48,640 nt of DNA from Clostridia bacterium (GTDB taxonomy: Bacteria; Bacillota; Clostridia; Christensenellales; UBA1242), in assembly GCA_045601705.1 (NCBI GenBank), contig JAZSAE010000027.1:1-48640 (forward strand), given 5' to 3'. Below the pieces are notes generated by a model, which saw only the letters and a list, made by a program, of their open reading frames with translations, ran no database searches and was not told where the DNA came from. Below, one piece after another: positions 32,988 through 41,401 of the stretch (position 1 is its first letter; every line of letters begins with the position of its first letter). A program made the position numbers and the translations under genes.

Positions 32988-34213
32988 TATGCAGTTGCAA
33001 AATTTCCTGTCATATCTTCAAAAAATTTGTCTAAATTTTTCACATATTGCTGAATGAAGCACACTTTCATCTCATCAGTCGTTTCGGCATCAATATTGAT
33101 TAAATCCAATGTTTGATACTTTACGATTTTTTTACAAATATGGAAAATGTTAGTATTATCAATTAACTCTTGATAATCTTGATTTTCTTTTTTGTATGGT
33201 TGTTTTACAAACAAATGAACATTCGCTGCGCTATGGTCGCCACTGGTAAAAAGCCTATTGTTCAATTCATCTAATTCGTCTTTATCCGAACCTAATTGCA
33301 AGCCACCGGTTTCATGGTCGGCAGTAATCATTACAACAGTATCATTACGCCCAGCGCAGAATTCATAGACAGCTTGAATCATTTGTGCAAAGTAATATAC
33401 TTCGTGCATTACATTCACAAATTGATTTCCGTGGCTATATTTATCAATATAACCATTTTCAATCATTAAACAGAAACCATTTTCATTATCAAGATAATTC
33501 AAAACATTTTTAATTAATGCTGGAAAATCAACCCAATCTTTACTTGGATTTACTTGTTCATGATTATATTGTGATTGTAAATCTGGGAACATTGCTATGT
33601 ATTTTTCATTCTTGTTCAATGTTGCAGGAAAGTCTTCTTTGTTATTTGAATAGTGATAACCGTTTTGCATAAAGCCAATATAACTGTTATCATACTCGGC
33701 AGCATAAGCACCAATCATAATGTCAATACCACTGGTAGTTTGGTCTTGGACAATTTCTTCAAGATTATTACGTGATTTAGTATGTGCTGAATAAGCGCCT
33801 GGAGTTGCACCATGCAAAGTGTCCGAAGTCAAAACACCAGTCTTTTTACCTTGCTTTTGTGCAATTTCCATTAAGTTTTCAATGTCTTCTCTTTCGTGCC
33901 AACCAACTTCACCGTTATTGTATTTTTGACCAGTTGACAATGCACTACCTGATGCTGCACTATCTGTCACGGCACTATCTTTGGAACGTGTTGTTACATC
34001 ACAAATGTAATCATTTTCAAAAGGAAATTTATTAACACCAAAATAAGTTTTCGCATTCTTTAAATGATTTGGACCAAAACCATCACCAATCATCACGATA
34101 ACATTTTTAATTTCACCTTGAATATTACCTATTTTCGGTTGTGATGAGCATCCCACAAAACTCATCATTACAACCAATAAGCATGCTAACGTGATTGCAA
34201 ACTTTTTTTTCAT
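32984..34213 (-). CDS. Alkaline phosphatase (PhoA family) lipoprotein
   Basis: Lipobox MMSFVGC, metal/nucleophile motifs MIGDGFG, TDSAASGSALSTG, ITADHETGG. Confidence 0.88.
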   Translation of the reverse strand: MKKKFAITLACLLVVMMSFVGCSSQPKIGNIQGEIKNVIVMIGDGFGPNHLKNAKTYFGVNKFPFENDYICDVTTRSKDSAVTDSAASGSALSTGQKYNNGEVGWHEREDIENLMEIAQKQGKKTGVLTSDTLHGATPGAYSAHTKSRNNLEEIVQDQTTSGIDIMIGAYAAEYDNSYIGFMQNGYHYSNNKEDFPATLNKNEKYIAMFPDLQSQYNHEQVNPSKDWVDFPALIKNVLNYLDNENGFCLMIENGYIDKYSHGNQFVNVMHEVYYFAQMIQAVYEFCAGRNDTVVMITADHETGGLQLGSDKDELDELNNRLFTSGDHSAANVHLFVKQPYKKENQDYQELIDNTNIFHICKKIVKYQTLDLINIDAETTDEMKVCFIQQYVKNLDKFFEDMTGNFATAY

Positions 34214-34269
34214 ATGTTTCCTCTAGTTTCATTTAAAAGCATAACTTAATATTTGGCAACTGAAAAATT

Positions 34270-35055
34270 TTAGTCAACATTGACGCCACGACGGAAAGCT
34301 TTTTGTGTTAACAGATAGAACAAAACGATAATTGCAGAATACACAATGATACCTGTCCATAAAACACTCATCAAAGCCGAACTGGTCAAAGTCAAAGTTG
34401 CACTAGTTAAATCAATGCCATTGATTGATAAGACAATCACCATAATCACAAACAACAAACTAATTGAAGCGAAAGCAAAAGCCGCTGTCAGTAAGAAAGT
34501 TTTTAAAACTCTTTTTTCTTTAGCACGATAAGCAATGACGATGGAATAAAAAATAATAGCAATAAACATTAAGAATTCAACAACTACCAAACATACAAAT
34601 AAGGTAACAATCCAGCCGATTGAAAATTGACCAACAATTACAAAAGAAAGTAAGAATGCTAAACTGTCAAACATTGTTGGCGTAAAAAACATAATGAACA
34701 ATGACACAACTAAAACAGCGAAACCTAATGTAATTTCAACAACAGCTGTTAAGAATTTTGAATTGATAATTTGTGCCTTGGTAACCGGCAATGTGTGAGT
34801 TAAGTATGATTCATCTTTATATAAGGATGTTGTAAAATTCAAAAAGTTACGCAAGAATGGTTGCAATACTACATTAACAAGTAGTGAATAAAAAACCGAA
34901 TCAAAAAAGATACCAAGCACTTGAAACAGCACAATGTTTTTGCCTAATTCTTTACATACACGACCGACAGTTGCCACAACTAAAGTCGCAACAAACAAAA
35001 TCCACAACCAACGCATATTGCGATTTAAGTCTTTTTTTAACAACTTACCTAACAT
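34270..35055 (-). CDS. ABC transporter permease (multi-TM, family unassigned)
   Basis: Six or more hydrophobic segments. Start set to ATG 35055 behind SD GGAGGAA (35067-35061). 11-nt overlap with the ATPase gene. Confidence 0.7.
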   Translation of the reverse strand: MLGKLLKKDLNRNMRWLWILFVATLVVATVGRVCKELGKNIVLFQVLGIFFDSVFYSLLVNVVLQPFLRNFLNFTTSLYKDESYLTHTLPVTKAQIINSKFLTAVVEITLGFAVLVVSLFIMFFTPTMFDSLAFLLSFVIVGQFSIGWIVTLFVCLVVVEFLMFIAIIFYSIVIAYRAKEKRVLKTFLLTAAFAFASISLLFVIMVIVLSINGIDLTSATLTLTSSALMSVLWTGIIVYSAIIVLFYLLTQKAFRRGVNVD

Positions 35056-35746
35056 AAAACTTCCTCCTGAAAATTTCATCAATTGATGCTTTTTCTTTTT
35101 GGCGTAAGGTTTCAGCATTTTCTTGCAGGATAACTGTACCATTATCAATCATAATGACTTCATCCAAAATCTTTTCAATATCAGCAATCATATGAGTAGA
35201 AATTAGTAACGTTGCTTCTTGATTAAAGTTCTTTAAAATTGTCTGCAAAATATAATCACGACTGGCTGGATCAACACCACCCAAAGGCTCATCTAAGATG
35301 TAAATCTTGGCACGACGACTCATTACCATTACTAACTGAACTTTTTCTTTCATCCCCTTACTCATTTTGGCAAGGCGCATATTTTTATCTAATTGCAAAT
35401 CAAGTAAAAGTTTCTCTGCTTTCGCTTGGTCAAAATCTTCATAAAATGTTGCGAACATTTGTATTACTTCACTCACACGTAATCCGGAATCAAGATAAGT
35501 ACGCTCAGGTAAATAAGAAACAATTTTTTTGGTCGCAACACCAACCGGTTGTCCAGCAATTAAAACTTCACCACTGGTAGCTGTTAATAAATCATTTGCC
35601 AACTTAAACAGTGTGGATTTACCACTACCATTCTTCCCCAATAAACCAACAACTTTTCCAGCTGGAATTTGCAAGTTAATATCACGCAATACCTGAGTTT
35701 CACCAAAACATTTATTGACGTGACGATACTCTAAAATTGCACTCAT
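35045..35746 (-). CDS. ABC transporter ATP-binding protein
   Basis: Walker A GKNGSGKST, signature MSKGMKEK, Walker B IYILDEP. Confidence 0.9.
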   Translation of the reverse strand: MSAILEYRHVNKCFGETQVLRDINLQIPAGKVVGLLGKNGSGKSTLFKLANDLLTATSGEVLIAGQPVGVATKKIVSYLPERTYLDSGLRVSEVIQMFATFYEDFDQAKAEKLLLDLQLDKNMRLAKMSKGMKEKVQLVMVMSRRAKIYILDEPLGGVDPASRDYILQTILKNFNQEATLLISTHMIADIEKILDEVIMIDNGTVILQENAETLRQKEKASIDEIFRRKFYVR

Positions 35747-35859
35747 AGTTTAAAGTAACACATTTAAATTGAAGTACCAATCAAATTTTAAATAAAAAAA
35801 TGTTCCACAATTGTTAGCAAATGTAGAACATATTGATTTATGATTTATTCTAACCTTGT

Positions 35860-36537
35860 TTAGACTATTACTGGCTCACCGGCTCTATCTAGTTCATCAT
35901 CAGCATCTTCACTTTTGTTTAAAGGTTCATTTTCACTTAAATTTTTTTCAGTATTTTTGGTTTTTCCTGTTGGTTTTTTATAGTTTTTCCAATAAATGTA
36001 AAAACCACTCGCCCCAGCACCAGCAATACCAATCAGCATAAAGACAATATAGAAAGCCCTTGCCGTTTCTTCACCGTGATTTGTTAATGTAATACTAGTT
36101 TCGCCCTCCGTAATGGTAATTTCAAACGCATTAATTTTTCCCATCTTATTTTTTTCATAACTATTTCTTGTGTATGAATAAATTAATTCACCGTTAACAA
36201 CTTCATAATAAACATCTTCTTTTTGATACTGTTTATGGTCGGCATTTTTCATAACGGTTTCCATTGTTGCTATACCATTAGGTTCTAATCTCATTTCTAT
36301 ATTGATATTATAATTACCAATCGTTTCTTCATAAACATAAGGACTATTAGAATATGGTTTTACACAATTAACAATCAACACAACCAAGAAAAATAAAAAA
36401 ATAAAAGTTGAACAACATAACGCCGGCCATTGTAAAAGTACTTTAATTTTATCTTTTGTCGATAAATTTGAAAAATTTTTAAAGTATGTCTTAACTTTTT
36501 CTATAAGGCTTTTAATTTTTTCCAGAAAATTTTTCAT
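35860..36537 (-). CDS. Two-TM membrane protein, tandem paralog A
   Basis: Shares LPALCCS...FLVVLIVNCVKPYSNSPYVYE...NHGEE.AR.FYI.FM.IG..GA.ASG.YI with the 36676-37176 ORF. Confidence 0.7.
   Translation of the reverse strand: MKNFLEKIKSLIEKVKTYFKNFSNLSTKDKIKVLLQWPALCCSTFIFLFFLVVLIVNCVKPYSNSPYVYEETIGNYNINIEMRLEPNGIATMETVMKNADHKQYQKEDVYYEVVNGELIYSYTRNSYEKNKMGKINAFEITITEGETSITLTNHGEETARAFYIVFMLIGIAGAGASGFYIYWKNYKKPTGKTKNTEKNLSENEPLNKSEDADDELDRAGEPVIV
36327..36392. repeat. 66-nt near-identical block (copy 1) shared by tandem paralogs
   Basis: 36327-36392 against 37047-37112: 64 of 66 identical, while flanking coding sequence is much more diverged. Confidence 0.85.
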
Positions 36538-36675
36538 CGTTTTTCACCCCATTAGTAAGATTTAACTAGTATTTTTTTATCATTGATGTTTTTAATTGTC
36601 AAAATAAAAATTACATAAAAAAAGTTCCACACCCGAAAATAAATGTGGAACTTTAATTTATTAGGTTTTTCTAAA

Positions 36676-37176
36676 TTATTTTGCTGCTTTCTTTGCTTTC
36701 TTTTTACTTAATGCGATATAAATACCACTTGCAGCTGCACCAACTACACCAATCGACATAAAGATAATGTAAAAAACTCTTGCTGCTTCTTCGCCGTGGT
36801 TTTTCATTGCGATACGATAAACACTATCAACTGCTTTAATTTCAAATGCGTCAATTTCACCCAACTCATTACCGTAAGTACCATTTTCATTATATGAATA
36901 CATCAATTTACCATCAATTATTTTGTAGTAAATTTCATCTTTTTCATATTGAGTATCACTCGCATTTTCCATAGTGGTTTCTATTGTACCTTTTCCACCA
37001 TTGTTTAATGTTACTTCAATTTTGACAGTAACACCAGCCATTGAATCTTCATAAACATAAGGGCTATTGGAATATGGTTTTACACAATTAACAATCAACA
37101 CAACCAAGAAAACCACAAACAAACCAATTGAACAACACAGCGCAGGTAATTTCAAGAATTTTTTTAAATTTTTCAT
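36676..37176 (-). CDS. Two-TM membrane protein, tandem paralog B
   Basis: See paralog A. Start set to ATG 37176 behind SD GGAGGT (37186-37181). Confidence 0.7.
   Translation of the reverse strand: MKNLKKFLKLPALCCSIGLFVVFLVVLIVNCVKPYSNSPYVYEDSMAGVTVKIEVTLNNGGKGTIETTMENASDTQYEKDEIYYKIIDGKLMYSYNENGTYGNELGEIDAFEIKAVDSVYRIAMKNHGEEAARVFYIIFMSIGVVGAAASGIYIALSKKKAKKAAK
37047..37112. repeat. 66-nt near-identical block (copy 2)
   Basis: See 36327-36392. Confidence 0.85.
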
Positions 37177-37306
37177 CTTCACCTCCAAATTTTCTAATAA
37201 CTTCTTATACTATATATGATATGCCGAACTTTGTCAAAATTTATCATATGAAACAGTGTTACTTTGTGTTATAATCACAATATTATCACAAAGGAGAAAA
37301 ACACTA

Positions 37307-37378
37307 ATGAATTGTTATGACTTTAATAAAACTATTGAAGTTAAACAACAAATAGTAAACAAATCAAATCAGTTCTAA
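37307..37378 (+). CDS. Possible 23-codon upstream small ORF (MNCYDFNKTIEVKQQIVNKSNQF)
   Basis: SD AAAGGAGA (37290-37297) 9 nt before ATG 37307. Extended -10 TGtTATAAT at 37267-37275. Very short, so speculative. Confidence 0.25.
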   Translation: MNCYDFNKTIEVKQQIVNKSNQF

Positions 37379-37410
37379 AAAAAAGATTACAAGAATATGG
37401 GAGGATTATA

Positions 37411-38034
37411 ATGCAATTTAAAGACTACTGGAATGAAACTCATAAAAAGTTTTCAACCGGTAAAACCACTTATGATAATTGGCTTGATGATTATCAAGCT
37501 GTGTTAGATAAATGCGAAACTCCGGTTCTTGATTTGGGTTGTGGAACTGGTAACGATACTTTATATCTTACAGAGAGAGGATTTGAAGTTATTGCTTGTG
37601 ATTATTCGGAATTTGCTCTTAATAAAATAAAACAAGACATACAAGGAGTTGAGACAAAGCAAATAGACATATCTCAAACCTTACCATTTGAAGATAAAGT
37701 ATTTGATTTAATTATTGCCGATTTAAGTTTACATTATTTTGATGAACAAACAACAAAAAAAATAATGCAAGAAATTAAGAGGATATTAAGACCAAGTGGA
37801 AATCTTCTTGCAAGAGTCAACTCAATATTAGATATAAATCATGGAGCAGGACAAGGAGAAAAATTAGAAGAAAACTTTTATTTTGTTGAAGGTTATAACA
37901 AAAGATTTTTCTCAATAGAAGATGCTCAAAAATTCTTTTCTATAATTGGTAAAGCAAAAATAAGAGAAGCCGATATGTTAAGATATACAAAACCCAAAAA
38001 AGTTATAGAAGTAAATGTAGAAAGAGAATTATAA
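37411..38034 (+). CDS. Class I SAM-dependent methyltransferase (small-molecule/unknown substrate type)
   Basis: Motif I VLDLGCGTGNDT, acidic loop ACDYS, motif post-II DLIIADLSLHY. SD GGGAGGA upstream. All eight Arg codons are AGA/AGG. Confidence 0.85.
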   Translation: MQFKDYWNETHKKFSTGKTTYDNWLDDYQAVLDKCETPVLDLGCGTGNDTLYLTERGFEVIACDYSEFALNKIKQDIQGVETKQIDISQTLPFEDKVFDLIIADLSLHYFDEQTTKKIMQEIKRILRPSGNLLARVNSILDINHGAGQGEKLEENFYFVEGYNKRFFSIEDAQKFFSIIGKAKIREADMLRYTKPKKVIEVNVEREL

Positions 38035-38069
38035 ATTAATAACACTCAATCTTATATGATAATATGAAT

Positions 38070-38439
38070 CTAGATGCTGTAAAAAAAATACACAACTGGC
38101 CAAATATTTTCTTTCAAAGGAAATAAAAAAAATAAGCACGACATTACAAAATCAGCTAATAAAATTCTAATTACATAAGACAAAACAAATAAAATTAAAA
38201 CCATTATAGTTGTTTTACTTTTGCCACATTTATAAACTGTCCAAACTGACAAAGCAATAAACGGTAACAATGTTGCTACATAAATAAAAATTATACTCGC
38301 AATTTTAATATGCCTTGTTAAACTTTTTCCACTAGGCAATCGCATTTGAGTAATCTCAGCACACAAAAAAAACACAAAGCAAAATTGCTAAGATAATACC
38401 AATAGTAACATTCAATACTAATAACTTTTTGTTTTTCAT
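38070..38439 (-). pseudogene. Small membrane protein gene split by a frameshift at a T8 (plus-strand A8) tract
   Basis: ATG 38439 with SD GGAG encodes MKNKKLLVLNVTIGIILAILLCVFFVC and then stops. Removing one T from the run at 38365-38372 joins it to the 101-aa track ORF (..LCAEITQMRLPSGK..). Confidence 0.55.
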
Positions 38440-38657
38440 CTTTTGCTACTCCAATAGAATTACTAAAACAAGATGTTTTTACTTGGCGGGACGATAGTGA
38501 TTGCGTTAGAACACTTAATCTTATCTTGAATAGCAGTTTGCGTGTCTTCAAAACTTATTTTCTCGTATCAAGACAAGCGCACGCCAGGATCTCAAAGCAA
38601 TGTTTTAGCCTTATAGCCTTTGATATTGACACTGTATCAAATTTTATTTACAATCGA

Positions 38658-39731
38658 ATGTGGAACAAAAGATTACTTATCAAACTTGCTAACGATGCTC
38701 GATTTGGCCGCAATACAGCATTAATACTTTCCTTAGGATTTTTATTAATTTTATTTATAACGATAATATTACTACTTACTGGTTTATTTAACAATGGATA
38801 TGTTAAGTTAATTTGTTTGTCCAGTTTTATTTTATTTTTAGCTTTCGGATTTACTGCAAACTCATGTTCCAAAGAATATAAAAAATATATAATAGAAGTA
38901 CAAAAAGAACAGCGCTTAAAAGAATTAATTGAAGCCGATATTCGAAAAATGCATAATAAGAAAAAGCTTGATAAAAAAATAGAATCAAAGGAATTCAAAA
39001 CCTATTTGCAACAATTTGAGCATCTAACAAAAAATGCAGCGGAACTTGTTCGCGCCAACAAAGAAAATCGTGGTTTTTCTAAGTTTGGTGGTTTACCAAC
39101 CGTGCCGACTGGTTTCGTATGGCCAACAAATAACGATGAACCTAAACTATTTTTAGCTCAGTTTGATTTTGCAGAAATTAATCCTAATGGAATATTGCAA
39201 GATTTCCCAACAACGGGATTATTATATATTTTTAGTGAACAAACAATGGATCCATTTGAAAATTCATGTGTACTTCTATTTTTCAAGGCAACAAATGATC
39301 TTCAACTAGCGGTCAAGCCAAATAAATTAACAGCAATCTACAAAGAAATATATGTTACATCTAAAATAATAAAAACATATCCAGATATTGATTCTAGTAA
39401 TGAAGCTTTTGAAGTTTATGAAAATGCTAATCAAGAAGAAATGGGAGATATTTATTTTTCAATGCAATCAAAAAATAATCACGCTTCATTTATCGGTGGC
39501 TGGGCAAGTAATAATGGTGAAAATGAGTTTTGTGCTGATTATGTTGATGATATCGATGAATGGGCTCTTCTTGGACAGATAGATGGTAAATATGCGCATA
39601 TAAATGCGAAAGAAGTTGAAGAATTTTCTTCATGGGGAGATGATGGTGGTACAATATTTCTCTATATTCGAAAAGAAGATTTAAAAGCACGCGATTTTAG
39701 CCGAATCGAAGTAGATATTGATTATTATTGA
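38658..39731 (+). CDS. YwqG/DUF1963-like domain protein with N-terminal double-TM anchor
   Basis: FSKFGGLPTVPTGFVWPTNNDEPKLFLAQFDFAEIN...GLLYIF...GDDGGTIFLYIRKEDL resembles the DUF1963 core. Start set to ATG 38658. Confidence 0.7.
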   Translation: MWNKRLLIKLANDARFGRNTALILSLGFLLILFITIILLLTGLFNNGYVKLICLSSFILFLAFGFTANSCSKEYKKYIIEVQKEQRLKELIEADIRKMHNKKKLDKKIESKEFKTYLQQFEHLTKNAAELVRANKENRGFSKFGGLPTVPTGFVWPTNNDEPKLFLAQFDFAEINPNGILQDFPTTGLLYIFSEQTMDPFENSCVLLFFKATNDLQLAVKPNKLTAIYKEIYVTSKIIKTYPDIDSSNEAFEVYENANQEEMGDIYFSMQSKNNHASFIGGWASNNGENEFCADYVDDIDEWALLGQIDGKYAHINAKEVEEFSSWGDDGGTIFLYIRKEDLKARDFSRIEVDIDYY

Positions 39732-39864
39732 TTAATAAGTACGTAAATTAATTTCAAGACAGGCGAACGCCACAATCCAAAATCATTATTTTTGACTAAT
39801 TCAACCAGAGTAAAAAAAAGAAAGAGCCCGACACATGGGCCCTTACAGCTTTCTGACTTCTAAT

Positions 39865-40175
39865 TTAGGATTCATTTTGAGAATCACCAAACTTTGGCGA
39901 CGAACCTAGGTACAAAATTCCATACAATTGGTTTTGTGGTTCGTTTGTAAATGCTTTTTTCAGCATTTCTTTTCCCTGTTTTTCAAACTGTAAATACAAC
40001 TTACCACTTTGATCCAAATCGACAACAAATACCAACATTCTGTCGCTAACCGCAACAACGAATTATTATTGTGTCTATCTTTGTACCATTGATCCCGCAG
40101 TAATTCAACAGCTTCTTTCCATTTTGATTCATTTTCCAGTTCAACTAATTTTTCATTTTTAGCAAAAATCATCAT
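39865..40175 (-). pseudogene. Probable frameshifted small cytoplasmic protein gene
   Basis: Frame 1 (40175-39960) reads plausibly to ...ATECWYLLS and then has an implausible tail. A second frame, open from about 40058, continues as ..VDLDQSGKLYLQFEKQGKEMLKKAFTNEPQNQLYGILYLGSSPKFGDSQNES to TAA 39867-39865. Confidence 0.45.
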
Positions 40176-40235
40176 ACCGCTCCAAATTTATTTACATTTT
40201 TAAATAAAAAATTTATAATTAACAATTTTTACCAA

Positions 40236-40952
40236 TTAATTATTGATAAAATTTCTAATTACATCAATCGGCAAGGCAAAACAAAAACCATACACAACAG
40301 TCCCAGTACTGTCCCTCAAGCGAAAAGTAGTCAACCCAACTAGTTTACCAGTAGCATCAAGCAAAGCTCCGCCACTATTCCCCTCTGTAATATTTAAGGA
40401 ACACTGGATTGCCGTTATATCTTTACCATTTTTAACGATATTTAACCTTCGCTGAGAAATAATTCCACTTGCTATAGAAATACCATAATTTTGAGCGTTA
40501 CCAATTGCATATACCGTTTCGCCTTCATAAACTTCACCATTTCTCAATTTGACCGGTGTAGCAATATCCGTACAAGGCTCAACACTAATTAAAGCTAGAT
40601 CGTCATCATAATCAATTTTTTCTAACATAGCATTCATATATTCATCTCTATCAGAAAAACGAATTTGTATATTTTCAAACACTTTAGTTTCTGTATACTC
40701 TTCATAACTCACAACATGAGCATTAGTGACAAACAATCCACCGTCCCCAACACAAACAGCTGAACCATACATAATTATGTCATTAGTAAATGATTTCACT
40801 TCAACAACAGTATGTAAATTGTCATTATAAATTTTTTCAGCAGATAAAGTTCCATCTGATCTAAAAAAAATCAGAAAAAGAGATAAACACGACATTAAAA
40901 TCGCTAAACCAGTAATTATTCCAATAACAATTGTCTTTGCATTATTTTTCAA
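40236..40952 (-). CDS. Membrane-anchored trypsin-like (S1/HtrA-type) serine protease
   Basis: Triad contexts TNAHVV, DDDLALI, GNSGGALLD. N-terminal TM segment. TTG start overlapping the upstream stop. Confidence 0.85.
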   Translation of the reverse strand: MKNNAKTIVIGIITGLAILMSCLSLFLIFFRSDGTLSAEKIYNDNLHTVVEVKSFTNDIIMYGSAVCVGDGGLFVTNAHVVSYEEYTETKVFENIQIRFSDRDEYMNAMLEKIDYDDDLALISVEPCTDIATPVKLRNGEVYEGETVYAIGNAQNYGISIASGIISQRRLNIVKNGKDITAIQCSLNITEGNSGGALLDATGKLVGLTTFRLRDSTGTVVYGFCFALPIDVIRNFINN

Positions 40953-41385
40953 TTTGATTAACCTTTATGTCCGTCGCAGTGAATGTCAAATAGCCTAAAC
41001 CTGCTGGTTCTTGACTTTCCGGACTCCAAATCAAACAATAAAAAGTGAAAAGCCCATCTTTAAAATATAAATCATGATTTAAAAAGAAAGAACCGACCAA
41101 CGGGTATTCTTGTTCAACAATACTTCCCTCTTTAAAAACTATTTGATTATATCGTATAACACCCTGCGAATTATCAAAATCAATAATTAAATCATTTCCT
41201 TGTTTAAGGACCGCCTTAATTTTACAGTCATGCAACGAAAAATGTTCATTCCAACCGACACGTCGCAAAGCGACACTCATCATTCGCAAATCTTTCTCTG
41301 CGATAATTTGTTTATATTCAACCCCATTTTCAGCGGTTGCGGCAAAATTTAAGTAATCTTCCTTTGTGGAATATCGCGTACTCAC
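40942..41385 (-). CDS. Hypothetical cytoplasmic protein (147 aa)
   Basis: GTG start behind a strong SD AGGAGGG (41399-41393). Translationally coupled to the protease gene. No family recognised. Confidence 0.6.
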   Translation of the reverse strand: MSTRYSTKEDYLNFAATAENGVEYKQIIAEKDLRMMSVALRRVGWNEHFSLHDCKIKAVLKQGNDLIIDFDNSQGVIRYNQIVFKEGSIVEQEYPLVGSFFLNHDLYFKDGLFTFYCLIWSPESQEPAGLGYLTFTATDIKVNQIEK

Positions 41386-41401
41386 AAAAATTCCCTCCTA
41401 T

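Noticed and set aside
37411-38034. Methyltransferase as part of a restriction-modification or other DNA-modification defence system
   Set aside because: Its motifs are those of small-molecule or generic class I SAM methyltransferases. There is no DPPY/NPPY or PCQ DNA-methyltransferase motif. No nuclease, specificity subunit or helicase gene is adjacent.
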